This document shows, one piece after another, positions 13,701 through 25,951 of a stretch of 64,000 bases of DNA (its first letter is position 1; the number at the start of each line of letters is the position of its first letter). Made by a program: the position numbers and the translations under genes. The notes under the pieces were generated by a model. The model was not told the DNA's origin and made no database searches. It worked only from the letters and a program-made list of their open reading frames with translations. Source of the DNA: Phallusia mammillata (taxonomy: Eukaryota); the NCBI GenBank assembly GCA_965637545.1, contig OZ281495.1, positions 21,452,001 through 21,516,000 on the forward strand, read 5' to 3'.

Positions 13701-16700
13701 TGTAGCTATATTTTCCGCTTGAGCTGTACAAGACTGGGACAGTGGGCTGTGGGTTACGTGACGGTGGATGGGCAAATCCTTCAAACAATCCCCCAAAACA
13801 AATCGCTTTGTCAGGCTCTTATTGAAGGATGCAAAGAAGGATTGTGAGTAGTTGTACATTTTCTTGAAGATCTATTAATGACTCTACATTTTAAACCTCT
13901 ATAAAGCTTTGTTTTCATTCTCTAATGTTTTGAAAAATACTCCATTGATGTGTCAGATATGAATAACCACTTTTTACCGTAAGTGAGTTATTTTGGGTCT
14001 GATTTTGTGAAAAAACTACTGCTTGTGTTGGTACCTGTGGTTTAAATCTTAATTGCAACTACTTTCACTTTTAAAAAGCTTTGCTGGGTTGACAATCACT
14101 TGCAAAGAAAAACTTGCAAATCTTCTACTTTGTACTTTGTTTGAACTAAATTGGTCGGTTAGATATGATAGATTTCTGAGTTACGCCATTTTTTGTTTTT
14201 TCTGTACTGTAGTGCATAATTTCAGTTCATAATAATCACTGCTGTTCACAGCCAGTTTTTGAGTGGACTTGCGGTAGAAATACTATATGATTTTATTTTT
14301 TTACTTTGAACACATGGAATATACATTTAGTACTTAGTTAGGTTTTCAACCCGTGTTGTGCGCTTTGCACAAAGAAAAAGCGTACCCAGGGAAAATAGTG
14401 TAGTAAGGTTGTGAGGATGTCAGCAACAGTTATCTTAGTTTAAACTGAGAGTTTACCTTAGGGATATCCTAGAATATCAAGAAATGTTTACAGGATGCAA
14501 AAGTGGCAATTTATTAAATGGGGTTGGCATGGCTTAACAAATCTTCATGTAGTTTTATCAGTGCAATCAAAATTTCAATTATTGCCCCAACCTTGCTTTA
14601 AATTGGTTCTGAATATTTCAGTTATGGGCAAAGTAGTCAGGCTATCAAGTTTAGAATGTAAAATAAAAATGTATAAAGTCATATATTACATTCAGTATTG
14701 TATTTGTAGTTTGGCTGATGATATGTAAATGTTTAACTTGAGGTCTTTGTATTTTTAATCACATGACGACAGCTGTATCACTTGTATACTGCTGTATGCT
14801 GATTAAGTAGATTAGCAAATGGTGTTGAGTAGAAACTGTTGTATCCTTTTTAATCACCGAGTCATATTCATTTTCTCATATTTAAAGGATATCATGCAAT
14901 AAAAAATAGGAAATGCAGAATTAGATTGTACATCCTTTTAAATACAAACTGGTTTAAACAATACAAAATCAGCCTAAAAATGTTTAACAAACATGCTAAA
15001 ACTTTACTATTTTAAATCTGTTAGATTTAGAAGAATGTGCCTGAACAACTTGTTGGCTACCACCTAAAAATTTGAATTGTAGGTCTGATGCATGCACTTA
15101 GTTCTGCTGATGTTGAATAGAGTTGTGGATTTTTTTACATGCTAATTGAAGCGCTGAGTAGGAATTGTGGTCATTGTGATAATTAACAAGGCCCTTTTAG
15201 TTTGCAAGACTGGCTGTTCATTGTGACTTATTAGTCCAACCTTTGATGCATAGAACTGCAGCTTGTTCTGCAAACATGTGAAACATTAAATCGAAAAAAT
15301 TGGTTTTTGGATAGTATGCCCTGTAAAAAATGTCAAAACATTTTGCTGCTTTGAGGCAGGGGTGTGTAACGTGCGACTCAGGGCCAATTGCGACCCATTG
15401 AACTAAGATTGTATGGCCCACGGTTTAAATTTAAAATGAATGCTCACTAAACTATTAAATACATCCATTATCAACTTTTGTCATATGAAGGTGTGGCCTG
15501 CAGTCTAATTATGTTAATTGTATTAGTCCAATCTATGAAGGCAGCACACCCCTGCTTTAGGCATTTTTATGTACATTTTTATTTTTAAACTTACTGTACC
15601 ACCTACCAAGTCATTGTTGGTGTTAGATGTATTGTCTTTTCAAACTTTGAAAAAATGAGACTTATTTACTATCTGCAGTTATTTATTTCCTGATGGTCGT
15701 TCATCGAACCATGACTTAACAACTTTGCTTGAGCAATCTGATGAGGAGGAAGAACACATCCATGTCAGTCAAGAACAATATGAACTCTACTGTGAAATGG
15801 GCTCCACCTTTCAACTGTGCAAGATATGTGCTGAAAATAACAAGAACGTTAAAATTGAACCATGTGGTCACCTTATATGCAGATCATGCTTGGAATCTTG
15901 GCAGGTGTGAAAATGCTTTTTTAGTTTCTTTTGTTATTAATGCCACAAAACATTTAAATAGAAAATAACAAAAACTGAGACAACCTTTCGTGTTTTTTTT
16001 GTAAAATGAAAAATCAAGAGGTTTAAGATTTGTGCATATAATGCAATCATCAAACTCCTTTTCCATGTCCTGCTGATTTTTTACTCAGTTGTATTATTTG
16101 ATGTGCTCTTGCCCAAAACTGTAGCTAAAGTAAATGTGGTGTTTTATACTGATTAAAAAAAATGCAAACCATGTTTCACTCACTAACAAAGCAACTATGA
16201 GTCACTGCCTCTAAATGCACAGAAACAGAAAATGAATTAATGCAGCTTGTTTGGCAATGGGCAACATAAAAACTTTTATACAGGTTAAACTTTGCTTAAA
16301 CATTGCTTTCATACTTTGTAATATTTGTACAACAAAGAAAAACACTGGTCAAAACATACATCAGAAGTTCGATTGATAAAGTTTTTGTTGCATTCACCTC
16401 TACTATTAATTTGCATATATATCTATAAAAAATGCACAAAAACGCTGGTATTTGAATTGCTGTTAAACAGCACATTAAAAATACAATAATACATGTCTGT
16501 AAAAACTGGCAGTTTTGCTAGTAAATCATTTCAAATCTGATTTGATGTTTTTGCTTTCAGTTCTCAGTAACACAAATTGAAGTGCACACAAATTTTCAGT
16601 TTTTATTTTGTACAGCTTTTGTTATAAGCTTTATGCTTATTAATATCAACCCCAGTGCCAGTACATCAGTGTGTTAAATGTATCTGAAAATGAACTGATA

Positions 16701-19700
16701 CATTAGGTTACATGCATGCTATACAAGTGGTAACAATATGATTTGACTTCAGGACATGGACCATTCACCAGTTCCCACTTGTCCATGGTGTCGATGTGAA
16801 ATTAAGGACACAGAATCAGTGGTTATTGAACCATTTCAAAAAGAAAATATAGAATCAAGCAATAATGCTGAAGCCAACAGCAATGGCACCAAGTATGAGT
16901 ACTTGTGAGCTGTCAAAACAGTTTGTACTTGTTATGCTTTATGCTAGTTATCCAAACACTGCACAGTAGCAAGGTGTAATTTTAAACCAGTCAAAACATT
17001 TCACTACATATTTACTTAATTGAGCAATACAATATATGTTACTAATTGAGTGCACCTCTGTTTCAATCAATTGTGTGTTTAATAGCCACTTTGATAACGT
17101 GAGTTTGATATGCTTTTTGGGTCATAACAACAATGTATTTATTGTGGGGTTTTGTCCCACTACAAGCTTCTTGTACAATGTAATTGTTTTGGTAATGAAA
17201 CTGCAAACAATAGTTGCAATAGCATAGGACTAGATGATAATGATTGGGATCAACTTTTTAAATCCATTTTTGCAGCACTGTTGTCTGCCACATTGAATTG
17301 ACCGAATCCTAGATGACAAATGTCATTTGAAAAGGAAACACTGATGCTCTTTAGTTTAATACATATTAAATTCTTGTTTTGTCTGGGCATATTTTTCTTG
17401 TGCTTCAGTCCTTGGTATATTACACATCATAACTTTGCAAAAAATGGGTAAAACTGATAGCTGCTACTTGTTGTTAGGTTATAACTAATAGCATAAAAGA
17501 AACAGCTTTGTTGGAACAGTGGAGAATTTTCATTTGTTTAAATTTTGATAACTCAGGCCGAACCACACTGATGGTACTGGAAGTTATAAAGATGACTTTA
17601 AAGATGAAGATGATGATGATGAAGAAGATTTATTCGGAGAAGTGGGAGTTGCAGTTTCTGGGGTAAGTTGCAAATCCTGTGAAATTCCATTGTAACTGGA
17701 AACTTCGTATGGTGCTAAAACCAACAAAGATTGTTTTGGGGGTTTGTGATGCCCATATTTTGCCTCATTGAAAGAAATTTTTCTTTTTGGTGAAACTAAA
17801 GTGCTGATGTTTAAAGCAAATGCAAATAATTTACATGAAGTATTTTTTTTGAAGTGATTAAACCAGAGTTGCAAGCTGGCTTGAACTTTGAGTCCTAACC
17901 CAGCCCTCCCAAAATCGTTTTTGAGAAACCCTTTAAGGACCAAAAGTTTGATTAACAGGCCTATACATGAAAGCCGAAACATTACAATATATAATAAAGA
18001 AGGCATACACAATGGCTTAAACAAGACACTTTAGCATTGTTGGCATAAGTTTAGCCCAGCAACCATGCTGGGTAATTTTAATTCAAAAAATTAAAGACAT
18101 AGAACGTAAAGTTAAACCCGAATCAGGCCCGTTTGTTAAAAAACTCTAACTCGACCCGAAAAAAATCATGGCTTGACTTACAGCTCTTGGTTGAACTTAA
18201 TTCTCAGCCGTACGTATGCACACCAATCTTTTCATTAAACACAGGCTCGAACCAACACCTTACACGCGTCGCCACCATCTCATCACAAACGTTTAGTTCA
18301 ACCATCACCCAATATGCCCCGTCGAATACCTCCTCAACCGGTCGGATCTCAATCTCCAGTTCTCGGCCTCAATCATGTCACGCCAGTTTCCGCGCCAGAG
18401 GTAAGAAGCATGGCGTCAGTTGCATTGAAACGTTACCGTATCTGTTTCGGTTTCGCGCTGATTGATGTTTGCTTTGTCTGCGATTTTCATGGATTTTTAT
18501 GTTTTGGGTTCTTAAAAGTGTGTAAAAGTGCTACGTCACGTAACACACTTGGAATAGCGCTTTCAAGTTCCAGCCTAACTTTTGTAGTTATAAGACAACT
18601 GAAAAAGGGCCTAACTATTTACTATGATTATGTATTATTTCCAAATTATTCTTGCCCGTGTTTTTAAGGAAATTGAGTTTCCTTTCATATGTTTAAAAGG
18701 CATTATTCATGTGTTGAGAGTGATTGACTATGAACATTTCCAGAAAAGTATGATAATTGGCACTCAATTTACCTTGACAAATAGTGTTTTTTGTTATCTA
18801 CCAGATAATCTAATACTGTTCGAAACTAGTCACACATTATGCTGTCCTATCTTTTCTTCATACCATCCTTATGGTTTATGTAATTCGTTTGATGAATAAT
18901 TGATCGTGACCTCGGGGTTAACGCCGCGACCGATTTTTGTGTTCCACAGACCGATTGCGGGCCTACGGTTCCACCACGGCCTACGTCACAGTCTCCGAAC
19001 TCGGCGGAACGAAGCAGGTAGGTTGGTGTGATATAATCGCGCCCGGTGACGCATTTAGGAGAAATGTGTTGATTATTGTGGTAATTTCCCCCGCGTGGTT
19101 TACAGTTACAGCGGAATAGTTGTGTTTTCTGTTTGTAAGGAATATGTTTGTTGTTGTATGATTTCTTGTTGTCGGTGTTACTCTAATTACGGTAAAAGTA
19201 AACAGTTTAGAACAAATATTTTTTTACCACATAAATTAATGATTAATAAAGATTTGACAGTAAATTCAAAGAACGTTGTATTTCTTCCCCCTTACCAGCG
19301 TTGAGTCACTTTCTGTATGTTTTACAATTGTTTAAACCAATGCTTGTCAACCTTTTTTGAAACGGTACACCCTTTTAACGTTCCAAATTTGTACACCCCA
19401 GTGAAAAACTTATTGAACCCTGTCACACTGAATCTGTGGTCCTAACAGAAATTATGACCAGCACAATACCAACAATCCATAATCCATAATTCACTTTCCA
19501 GTGAAATATTAAATTATGACGTCACAAAATAGAGTTTTGCAACTTAAAATCTACGTTCACTTGAGATGCATGTTGGGCCATAAATTGTACACTCTAGTCA
19601 GTTTGTTCTAAAACTGGAACCTGCCTATTGTGATACCTGGTCATAGCTATAATATATTTTGTATCTGGTACACCCCAGTACACCCCATCAAAGTGGTACA

Positions 19701-22700
19701 CCCTTTAAAAATTATGGTACACCCTGGGGTGTACGATACACCCGGTTGAAAAGCACTGGTTTAAACTATTAAAAAAATAGTTTCACTCCAGTATAGCATA
19801 ACATGTCTAGTTTGCGTTTTGCTCTGTAATAAGTGTACTATTTCATTTTTTACTTCCTGATTATAAGACATTTTTATACTTCTATACTTTTGGAATTAAA
19901 ATCTCTTAGATTTTAAATCTTGTTTAAAACGGAAGGAAGTAGAATGATATATTAAATATAATGAACAGATTGACTACGTACATTTGGAAAATCCCACTAG
20001 GTTACAGTTTCTTAATTACACAATAAGACACAAAAACACAAGGGCAACAAATAACAAACACCGTAATTCGATCTCTTTTATTGTCTTTGACATATAAGTT
20101 CCTCGATGATTGACTATTACGTCACATTTCTGTTCATAATACAACATTTAAAAAAGTTAAAAATGTATTACAGACGTCGTTGTTTCGGCACGATTGTGAA
20201 ATAAGGATATTACACCATGTTTAGCTATGCACGTGTGCCAATTGTAATTAGATTCATCCTTTCCCCGTACGCCACCGGTCGTGCTCGGAATGACGTGATC
20301 TAAACTTACTGAATGTTTTCCAGGAGCCTAGAAAGAAATCACGCTTTCGGCATATCTTCCGACGATAGCCTGATATCACATACAAAGGTATTGGTTTGTT
20401 TATCGATTTAGAGTAGACAAACTGCGCAATTTATAGTAATGTGTAATATGCCTGAACAATGGCAAGTTTATGGACATCATAATGAACTAAAAAATAAAGC
20501 CCTGCAGGTTAATAACAGAAAGACAACGTTGCTAGCTTCAGGTTTGACCAATGACTTTGTATTTTGGCATGTGCTCCCAGGTTCAGGCATAGGATTTTTT
20601 AACAAACGGACTTGATTCGGACTTGACTTCACATTCTCTGTCCGTAATTTAAAAAAATATTACCTAACTAAGTAGCTAGCTGCTGGACTTAATCACTGCC
20701 AAACCGCCCTAAAACGGCCTGTTTAAGCCATTGTCTATTATAGTCCATTGTCTGTCGTTGTTGTAGGCCTGTTAATCCAACTTTCGGGTCAAAACAGGCT
20801 TCTCAAAAACGATTCGATCTTGAATTTCGGGCCCGCTTACAACTATGTCATAACTTTTATTAGCTTATTTTATCCAACTGGTTATAATATACAAAAAAAA
20901 CAAAAAAACAAGCCACACTGGTTTTTATTGCACGTGTGATCTTATATCTGTCAAAAAAACGATATGTTACCTGTGAATTAATAGCAGGGACTCACAATTG
21001 GCGACTTCCAATCCAAACCCTCACTACGAGGAGGAAAACAAAGGCCGATTTCGAGTATATTGGATCACTCAAGTTGTAAGTCAACCACAAACTTTACTTG
21101 TTTTTCAAGCATTCAAAACGCCAAATTCAAAATTTCATTGCAGTGCGAGACCTGAGGATGCCCATGCAGGCTTTGGCCAACAGACAGAACTCCAATTCAA
21201 CGGTGGGTTGTGATTAGTGTAGTGTGGTTTTGCTATCCTCTAAATTTGTGGTGTGTGGGCGGTAAGTCTGCGGTGATTCATTCATGGCATGGTTAAATTT
21301 ACTTCCTGGCCTTTGCTGCTGCCTGTTTTTCCTTGTTTCCCTGCCCTATCCCGTTAAACAATTGAATTATAGGCGTCAATATCTAGTCCTTCCTTTATGA
21401 AAATTATGCTGGAAAGTAACACACATTAACCTTGGCTGTATTTAATAAAATAAAATTTTTATTTTTGGCCGACAATTCTACACTTTCTACGATTAACACT
21501 TATGTGGGTAACCTAAACCTGTTTGCAGACAAATGTTTTAAATCAGAACTTACAGGTTTTTTGAATAGTTTATGTGCAAGGGTTGCAGTAAGGTTTTAAT
21601 ATGTCTGGACAAAAACAAAAACATGCATGAAAGTCCTGGTCAATGATTCGCGCAGCATGTTTCGTCATTCACTACACACCAAACCAAACGTAGAGTTGCA
21701 CAGGCCGCGAAGCTATCCATTACAGGAAGTTACTTCTCCTCGGCAAGCTATTCCCCATTTAATTATTCATCCATATTAAATTCCCAAGCGAGCCGCTGCG
21801 CAGACTTACAACACTAAAAATCAATTTACCATGTCCTACCCCGATTTAGAACTCAGATAGTGGGGAGCCGGTGCCGCCGTTTTCAACCGACGTTTACGAT
21901 TTTGCCGATGAAATGCCAACCCGCGGCCCACCATTAATACCAAGACCCACATGCATTTTGCCGACCCCGTCCACGACAGCTGCTTCTAGTTCTTCTGTCG
22001 CTGCTTCTGTGCCAACCAGAGTACAAGCTCACACCGACCAGAGCCGACATCGTGTGCCCAGCGACTATGACTGGATTATGCCTAGGTATTGAATCTCTTT
22101 GATTTTTTTACGTTGCAATGACCTAAAGTTTTTATAGGTTCGTGTTTATTCATTGTTCCATGTCTTGCTAAAATACTATAAATAGTATATTTTTTTAACT
22201 ACAAAACAGTATATTTTTGTTGAACTACAGCTATTTGCTATTGCGGATAAAATCTTTTTATTGTAATTTAACGTTTATACCGTTTGTGCTAAATGTTTGT
22301 TTCGTTCTTATAAACAAATCTATAGATGTCCGTGTGTAGCAACAAAAACTCCCACAAAGAGTTAACAAAGTCAACGTTTTACCACGTTTAAGTGCGGAAA
22401 GGTGTTGAAAGCGTGTTTGTATCCTAGCAATATCATGCGATATTTTCCATACAGCTCTACTCCACAAACCGCAAAGGGAGATGTACCTGCCCCAGCTATA
22501 CCTCCCCGTCCTCTTTCCTCTAGCTCCGGCAATGCTCCACCACCTGCAGCCACAACAACATCGAAAACGCGTAACCAGCACGGTTTACCGCGCGCTACGT
22601 CATCCGACTCGGCGTCATCATCATCATCTTCTTCCGGTCCGTCACTTCCGCCGCGATCCAAAGGTATGGAGTCATCCGTCGATAATCTCTCTTCTGCTGC

Positions 22701-22956
22701 TCCTCCGCGTCCTCCGAAAAGCGGAAACAGCGCTCCTCCTATTCCCTCCCGAAGTGCAAACCCCAAAGTTTCCCGGCAGGTTCCGCCCGCATCGTCGATC
22801 TCCCCAGCACAGACTTCCAACATGGACGAAGACATTGCGCGCCTTATGGAGCTTGGCTACTCATTCGAAGACGTTAACCGAGCGCTGGCCATTGCCAAGA
22901 ACAACTCCTCGATTGCCGCTCAGATTTTACGCAATTTTGTTCCCACCTTTACTTAA
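10755..22956 (+). CDS. CBL: E3 ubiquitin ligase Cbl (TKB + RING + proline-rich region + UBA), multi-exon
   Basis: Exons encode [131 protein letters not shown], and the terminal [30 protein letters not shown]. Exon picks in the proline-rich part (17.5-22 kb) are tentative. Confidence 0.93.
15357..15554. mobile_element. hAT MITE (older copy) in a CBL intron
   Basis: TIR caggggtgtg / cacacccctg; flanks ctttgagg and ctttaggc look like a TSD with a 1-nt indel. Confidence 0.7.
17864..18189 (+). mobile_element. hAT-like MITE, CAGAGTTGTAAG family, copy 1
   Basis: Ends cagagttgcaagc / cttacagctcttg; internal blocks match 20524-20847 in reverse orientation; TSD degenerate. Confidence 0.62.
19338..19758. 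mobile_element. hAT (Buster/Charlie-type) MITE in a CBL intron
   Basis: TIR caatgcttgtcaacc / ggttgaaaagcactg; perfect TSD gtttaaac at 19330-19337 and 19759-19766; internal gtacaccc repeats. Confidence 0.9.
20524..20847 (-). mobile_element. hAT-like MITE, CAGAGTTGTAAG family, copy 2 (inverted relative to copy 1)
   Basis: Right end gcccgcttacaactatg; blocks ttctcaaaaacgatt, taggcctgttaatc and tttttaacaaacgg are reverse complements of blocks in 17864-18189. Left boundary approximate. Confidence 0.6.
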
Positions 22957-23679
22957 CCACCTTTGTCGCCTGTAGTTGTTCCGGTTTCTATGTTTAGCTG
23001 TTAAAGTGCGGTATTCGTGCGCGGGCGTTGCTTTTTCCATACTGTAGGTACCGATTGCTACCATTCTGCACCGCTGTTTCTTAATTCCAGCGGCATAGGT
23101 CGCATTACATGCACTATCCACTTTGACGCTACTCAGGACCTACTCGTTTTGCAAATGTGGGGAAGAATAACTGAGCAGCCGATTTGTAGTTGACTTTAGC
23201 GGGCAATCGATCCGGCCTGGTATCGCACTAGCCTTTATTTTTTCATTAGGATTATTATGTGAAGCAGTCATTATTCAATCATGTGTATCACCTTTGACTT
23301 TTTTACTGACGCCTTTAGCGCCCAAATAATCATTTTGGCGTATGCGATCATGTTTTCACGAAATTGCTCTCACTAGGTTGTTTGTTTATGACCCACTGAT
23401 CTTCTCGTTTCGCTGTGTTCGTGTAAGTTTTGTGGTAAACCGTCATTTATCACAGGAGAAGCGAATCGCAATAGGTTTGTTTTGTTTTGATAGGGCCTTT
23501 CAATCGCATAGCGCAAATCATAATTGCCCGCGTCCACTAAAACTCGTCACAGCGATTTTACATCGTCCTTACTGCTCCCGTTTCTCCCAAGTTTCGCAAC
23601 GCAAAAATCGCGAACCGTTTCGTTGGGGCTTACACTTTTCGTTTCGTGTATTTGTTATTCAGAATTTCCTGCATATACT

Positions 23680-24400
23680 ATGTTCTTTCACGATGTCCAG
23701 GACGCTTGGCTTGAACTGTTGAGCAAGCTGAATTCTTCAAACGGCAGTGTGTTCCAGCAAGATTGGAGGCCTCAGTTTGTGCCATTTCATATTACATGGT
23801 TTTTCATCTGGCGTCAAGCAAAAACTAAGCTTGTTTTACGAAGTGCCGGTACTGTCCTGTCGCCCCAGGTAGCATTTTTCTTTTTCCTCTTTTCGAGTCT
23901 TATTCTGAGTTTCTTTTTTTACTTTATGTGTGCAATACCAGGGGCTTGACGCAAAAACTCGGGATACTCATCGCTCCGTCTTGTAAAATTTTCCTAAACG
24001 TGAGGAATAGCTGTACTTCATTCGATTTATGTGAAGAAATAAGTGTAGATAAGTTGTTGTTGTTCTTTAATACTTTTCAGACACAACACTTTTAACTAGT
24101 GTTTGCATCTTGTCTCTAATAACAAATTTTTTTAAACCTCCACATATGATCCAAAACCCACCATTTTACAAACCTGACCATGGAACCTGTTTCTATTTTT
24201 TAATTAGAAATGCGATTTATACTTATCATGTTTTGCCCGAAAAAAATCATGTTTGACGATGTTGTGCTTGTTGCAATTGAATGCCTGCTTTTGGCACCGA
24301 CACATTCCCTGGGCCTTTAGTAATTGCGTTTTTGTTCCAGTCTCTTCAGTATGCCGTCCATTGGAAATGGTGCCTTGCCACCATCATTATTTTTTTGTAA
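23680..24400 (+). CDS. Possible small 2-exon ORF (82 aa, hydrophobic C-terminus), unknown
   Basis: Acceptor at 23662, ATG 23680, donor after 23868 (phase 0), acceptor at 24340, stop 24398-24400. No family recognised. Confidence 0.22.
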
Positions 24401-25686
24401 ATGATGTAATTTAGTTATTGCGTGTGTGTGCGTTTTTTGCGACTGCTCTTGATCATCTTTTCTCCCACTTCGATACGACATTACAAAATACCCAGTAGTA
24501 TCTTCCTGGAGCTGTTAGCGACCAAAGCTGTGGTAGTGCCATTGGCGTATATAGCCAGGAATGCCGAAGGGACCACTACCCCGCACCACAAATCAGTGTT
24601 TGAAGGGTTAAAAGTAGACTAATGTAACCTACTTCCAATATTGCTTTCGTTGGAGCGTCAACTGGCAATCTACAGAGATACAAATTTGGATGACAAGTCA
24701 CTTTTCTGTGATTTTGAGTCCTAAGTAAAAAAACAAACAATATCCCTTGCGATATCTATACCCAAAGTTTTATGCGGCATAGCTTAACCGCAACGCGGGT
24801 GACAGAAGATATGGCGATTAAACCAAGGTATGAGTGTGGGCCAAATAGCTTCAAAAAATCTAAATAATTTTGTTAGAAACGAACGCAGACATGATTTCAT
24901 TGTAAAAAAGTGTTTCTATTTCCAGTTGAATAAACGTTACGAAACAAACTAGTAAAGCAGCGAATTAGCCCACCTAAAAAAGTTCGGGCCGAAGCCGAAT
25001 GTTCGGCCATGACGCCGAATGATTTCAGCCGAATCGAAATTTTCTTTCTGGTTGAGGTTTGTGCCGTTGTCGCTAAAGATCTGGTCTGGCCGTCTCGACG
25101 ACCGATAAAACGTCGGAGAGCTCCGATAAAGGAGTCCGTAGACAGTGAATGTGCTATCTCAATGTACGCGGCCCTGGTGGAAAAACAGGTAAAGATGCAC
25201 CCGTACCTCTTTACCTCACTTCGTCCTTGCTTCAAGGAAATGCCCAAAGTAGTCGACACCGACCACTGAGAACGGCGGCTTATTGGTCTGCAGTCTCGCA
25301 GCAGGAAGGTCTGCCAACATCTGTTTGCCCAGGAAGCCATTTCTTCGTCGAACCGCTACCCCTCCTTTGATGATCCAGTAGCGTTGCCTGAGAGACGACC
25401 ACGTGTGTCCCATTCCAGAATAGCCAACCTCGTCATGCTGCTGCATAATCACCAGGTCTGTAAATCGATGGTCGTATGGAAGAATCATCGGATGCTTCAC
25501 ATCAAACTCGACAAATGCGCGCTCGAGCCTTCCACCAACTCTCATAACTCCATCGACAAGAATTGGGTTGAGCTTTCCAAGAGCCCTCTTTTTCTTTGAT
25601 AAACGAATTGCTTCGCCTTGGGCCTTCAACATCGCGGCGATAACGTCAGGAAAACTTCGTTTTCGTACATACTACTAACGATCTCA

Positions 25687-25951
25687 ATATATAACCTATT
25701 GCTGCCAGACATAGTATCAAGTTTAAAGAGCTCTTCTGGCAAACGTGATTCTATTAAAGATTAGAGGGCTAATCATTTGTTATCGCGCGGTGTTTTCGTT
25801 GCGTTGTGACGTGCTTGCGTTCCATTCTTTTTTTCCTTGTTTATCGTGCACTGCATGTACTAGTCGCATTCAGTGTTATTTACCCTGATGAAGACGACCT
25901 GTATCGAAACGTCGGAATAAAATCACATTTGCCAGAAGAGCTCTTTAAACT
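25687..25951 (+). mobile_element. Penelope-like (pseudo-LTR) non-autonomous insert inside BEL pol
   Basis: 11-bp direct repeat taacgatctca at 25676-25686 and 25952-25962; 32-bp inverted repeat 25719-25750 vs 25921-25952 (1 mismatch); hammerhead-like core. Removing the insert rejoins BEL ...LEIVK|YVRKRSFPDVIAAMLK (2 extra nt remain at the left junction). Confidence 0.72.
25876..25920 (+). ncRNA. Minimal type I hammerhead ribozyme-like motif (helix II degenerate)
   Basis: TTATT-TA-CC CTGATGA A GACGACCTGTATC GAAAC GTC GG AATAA: CUGAUGA/GAAA core, GUC triplet, palindromic ACGT helix III, helix I CC/GG plus TTATT/AATAA. Confidence 0.55.

Noticed and set aside
14716-14803. Possible intronic C/D snoRNA (tgatga...ctga)
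   Set aside because: No terminal stem and no recognisable rRNA-complementary guide.
17584-17630. FLAG-tag-like peptide ([12 protein letters not shown]) suggesting vector contamination
   Set aside because: Not an exact DYKDDDDK, and it sits in a normally spliced acidic CBL exon after the RING domain.
22258-23121. ORFs 22258-22581, 22371-22835, 22481-22975 and 22927-23121
   Set aside because: Shadows of the Pro/Ser-rich terminal CBL exon.
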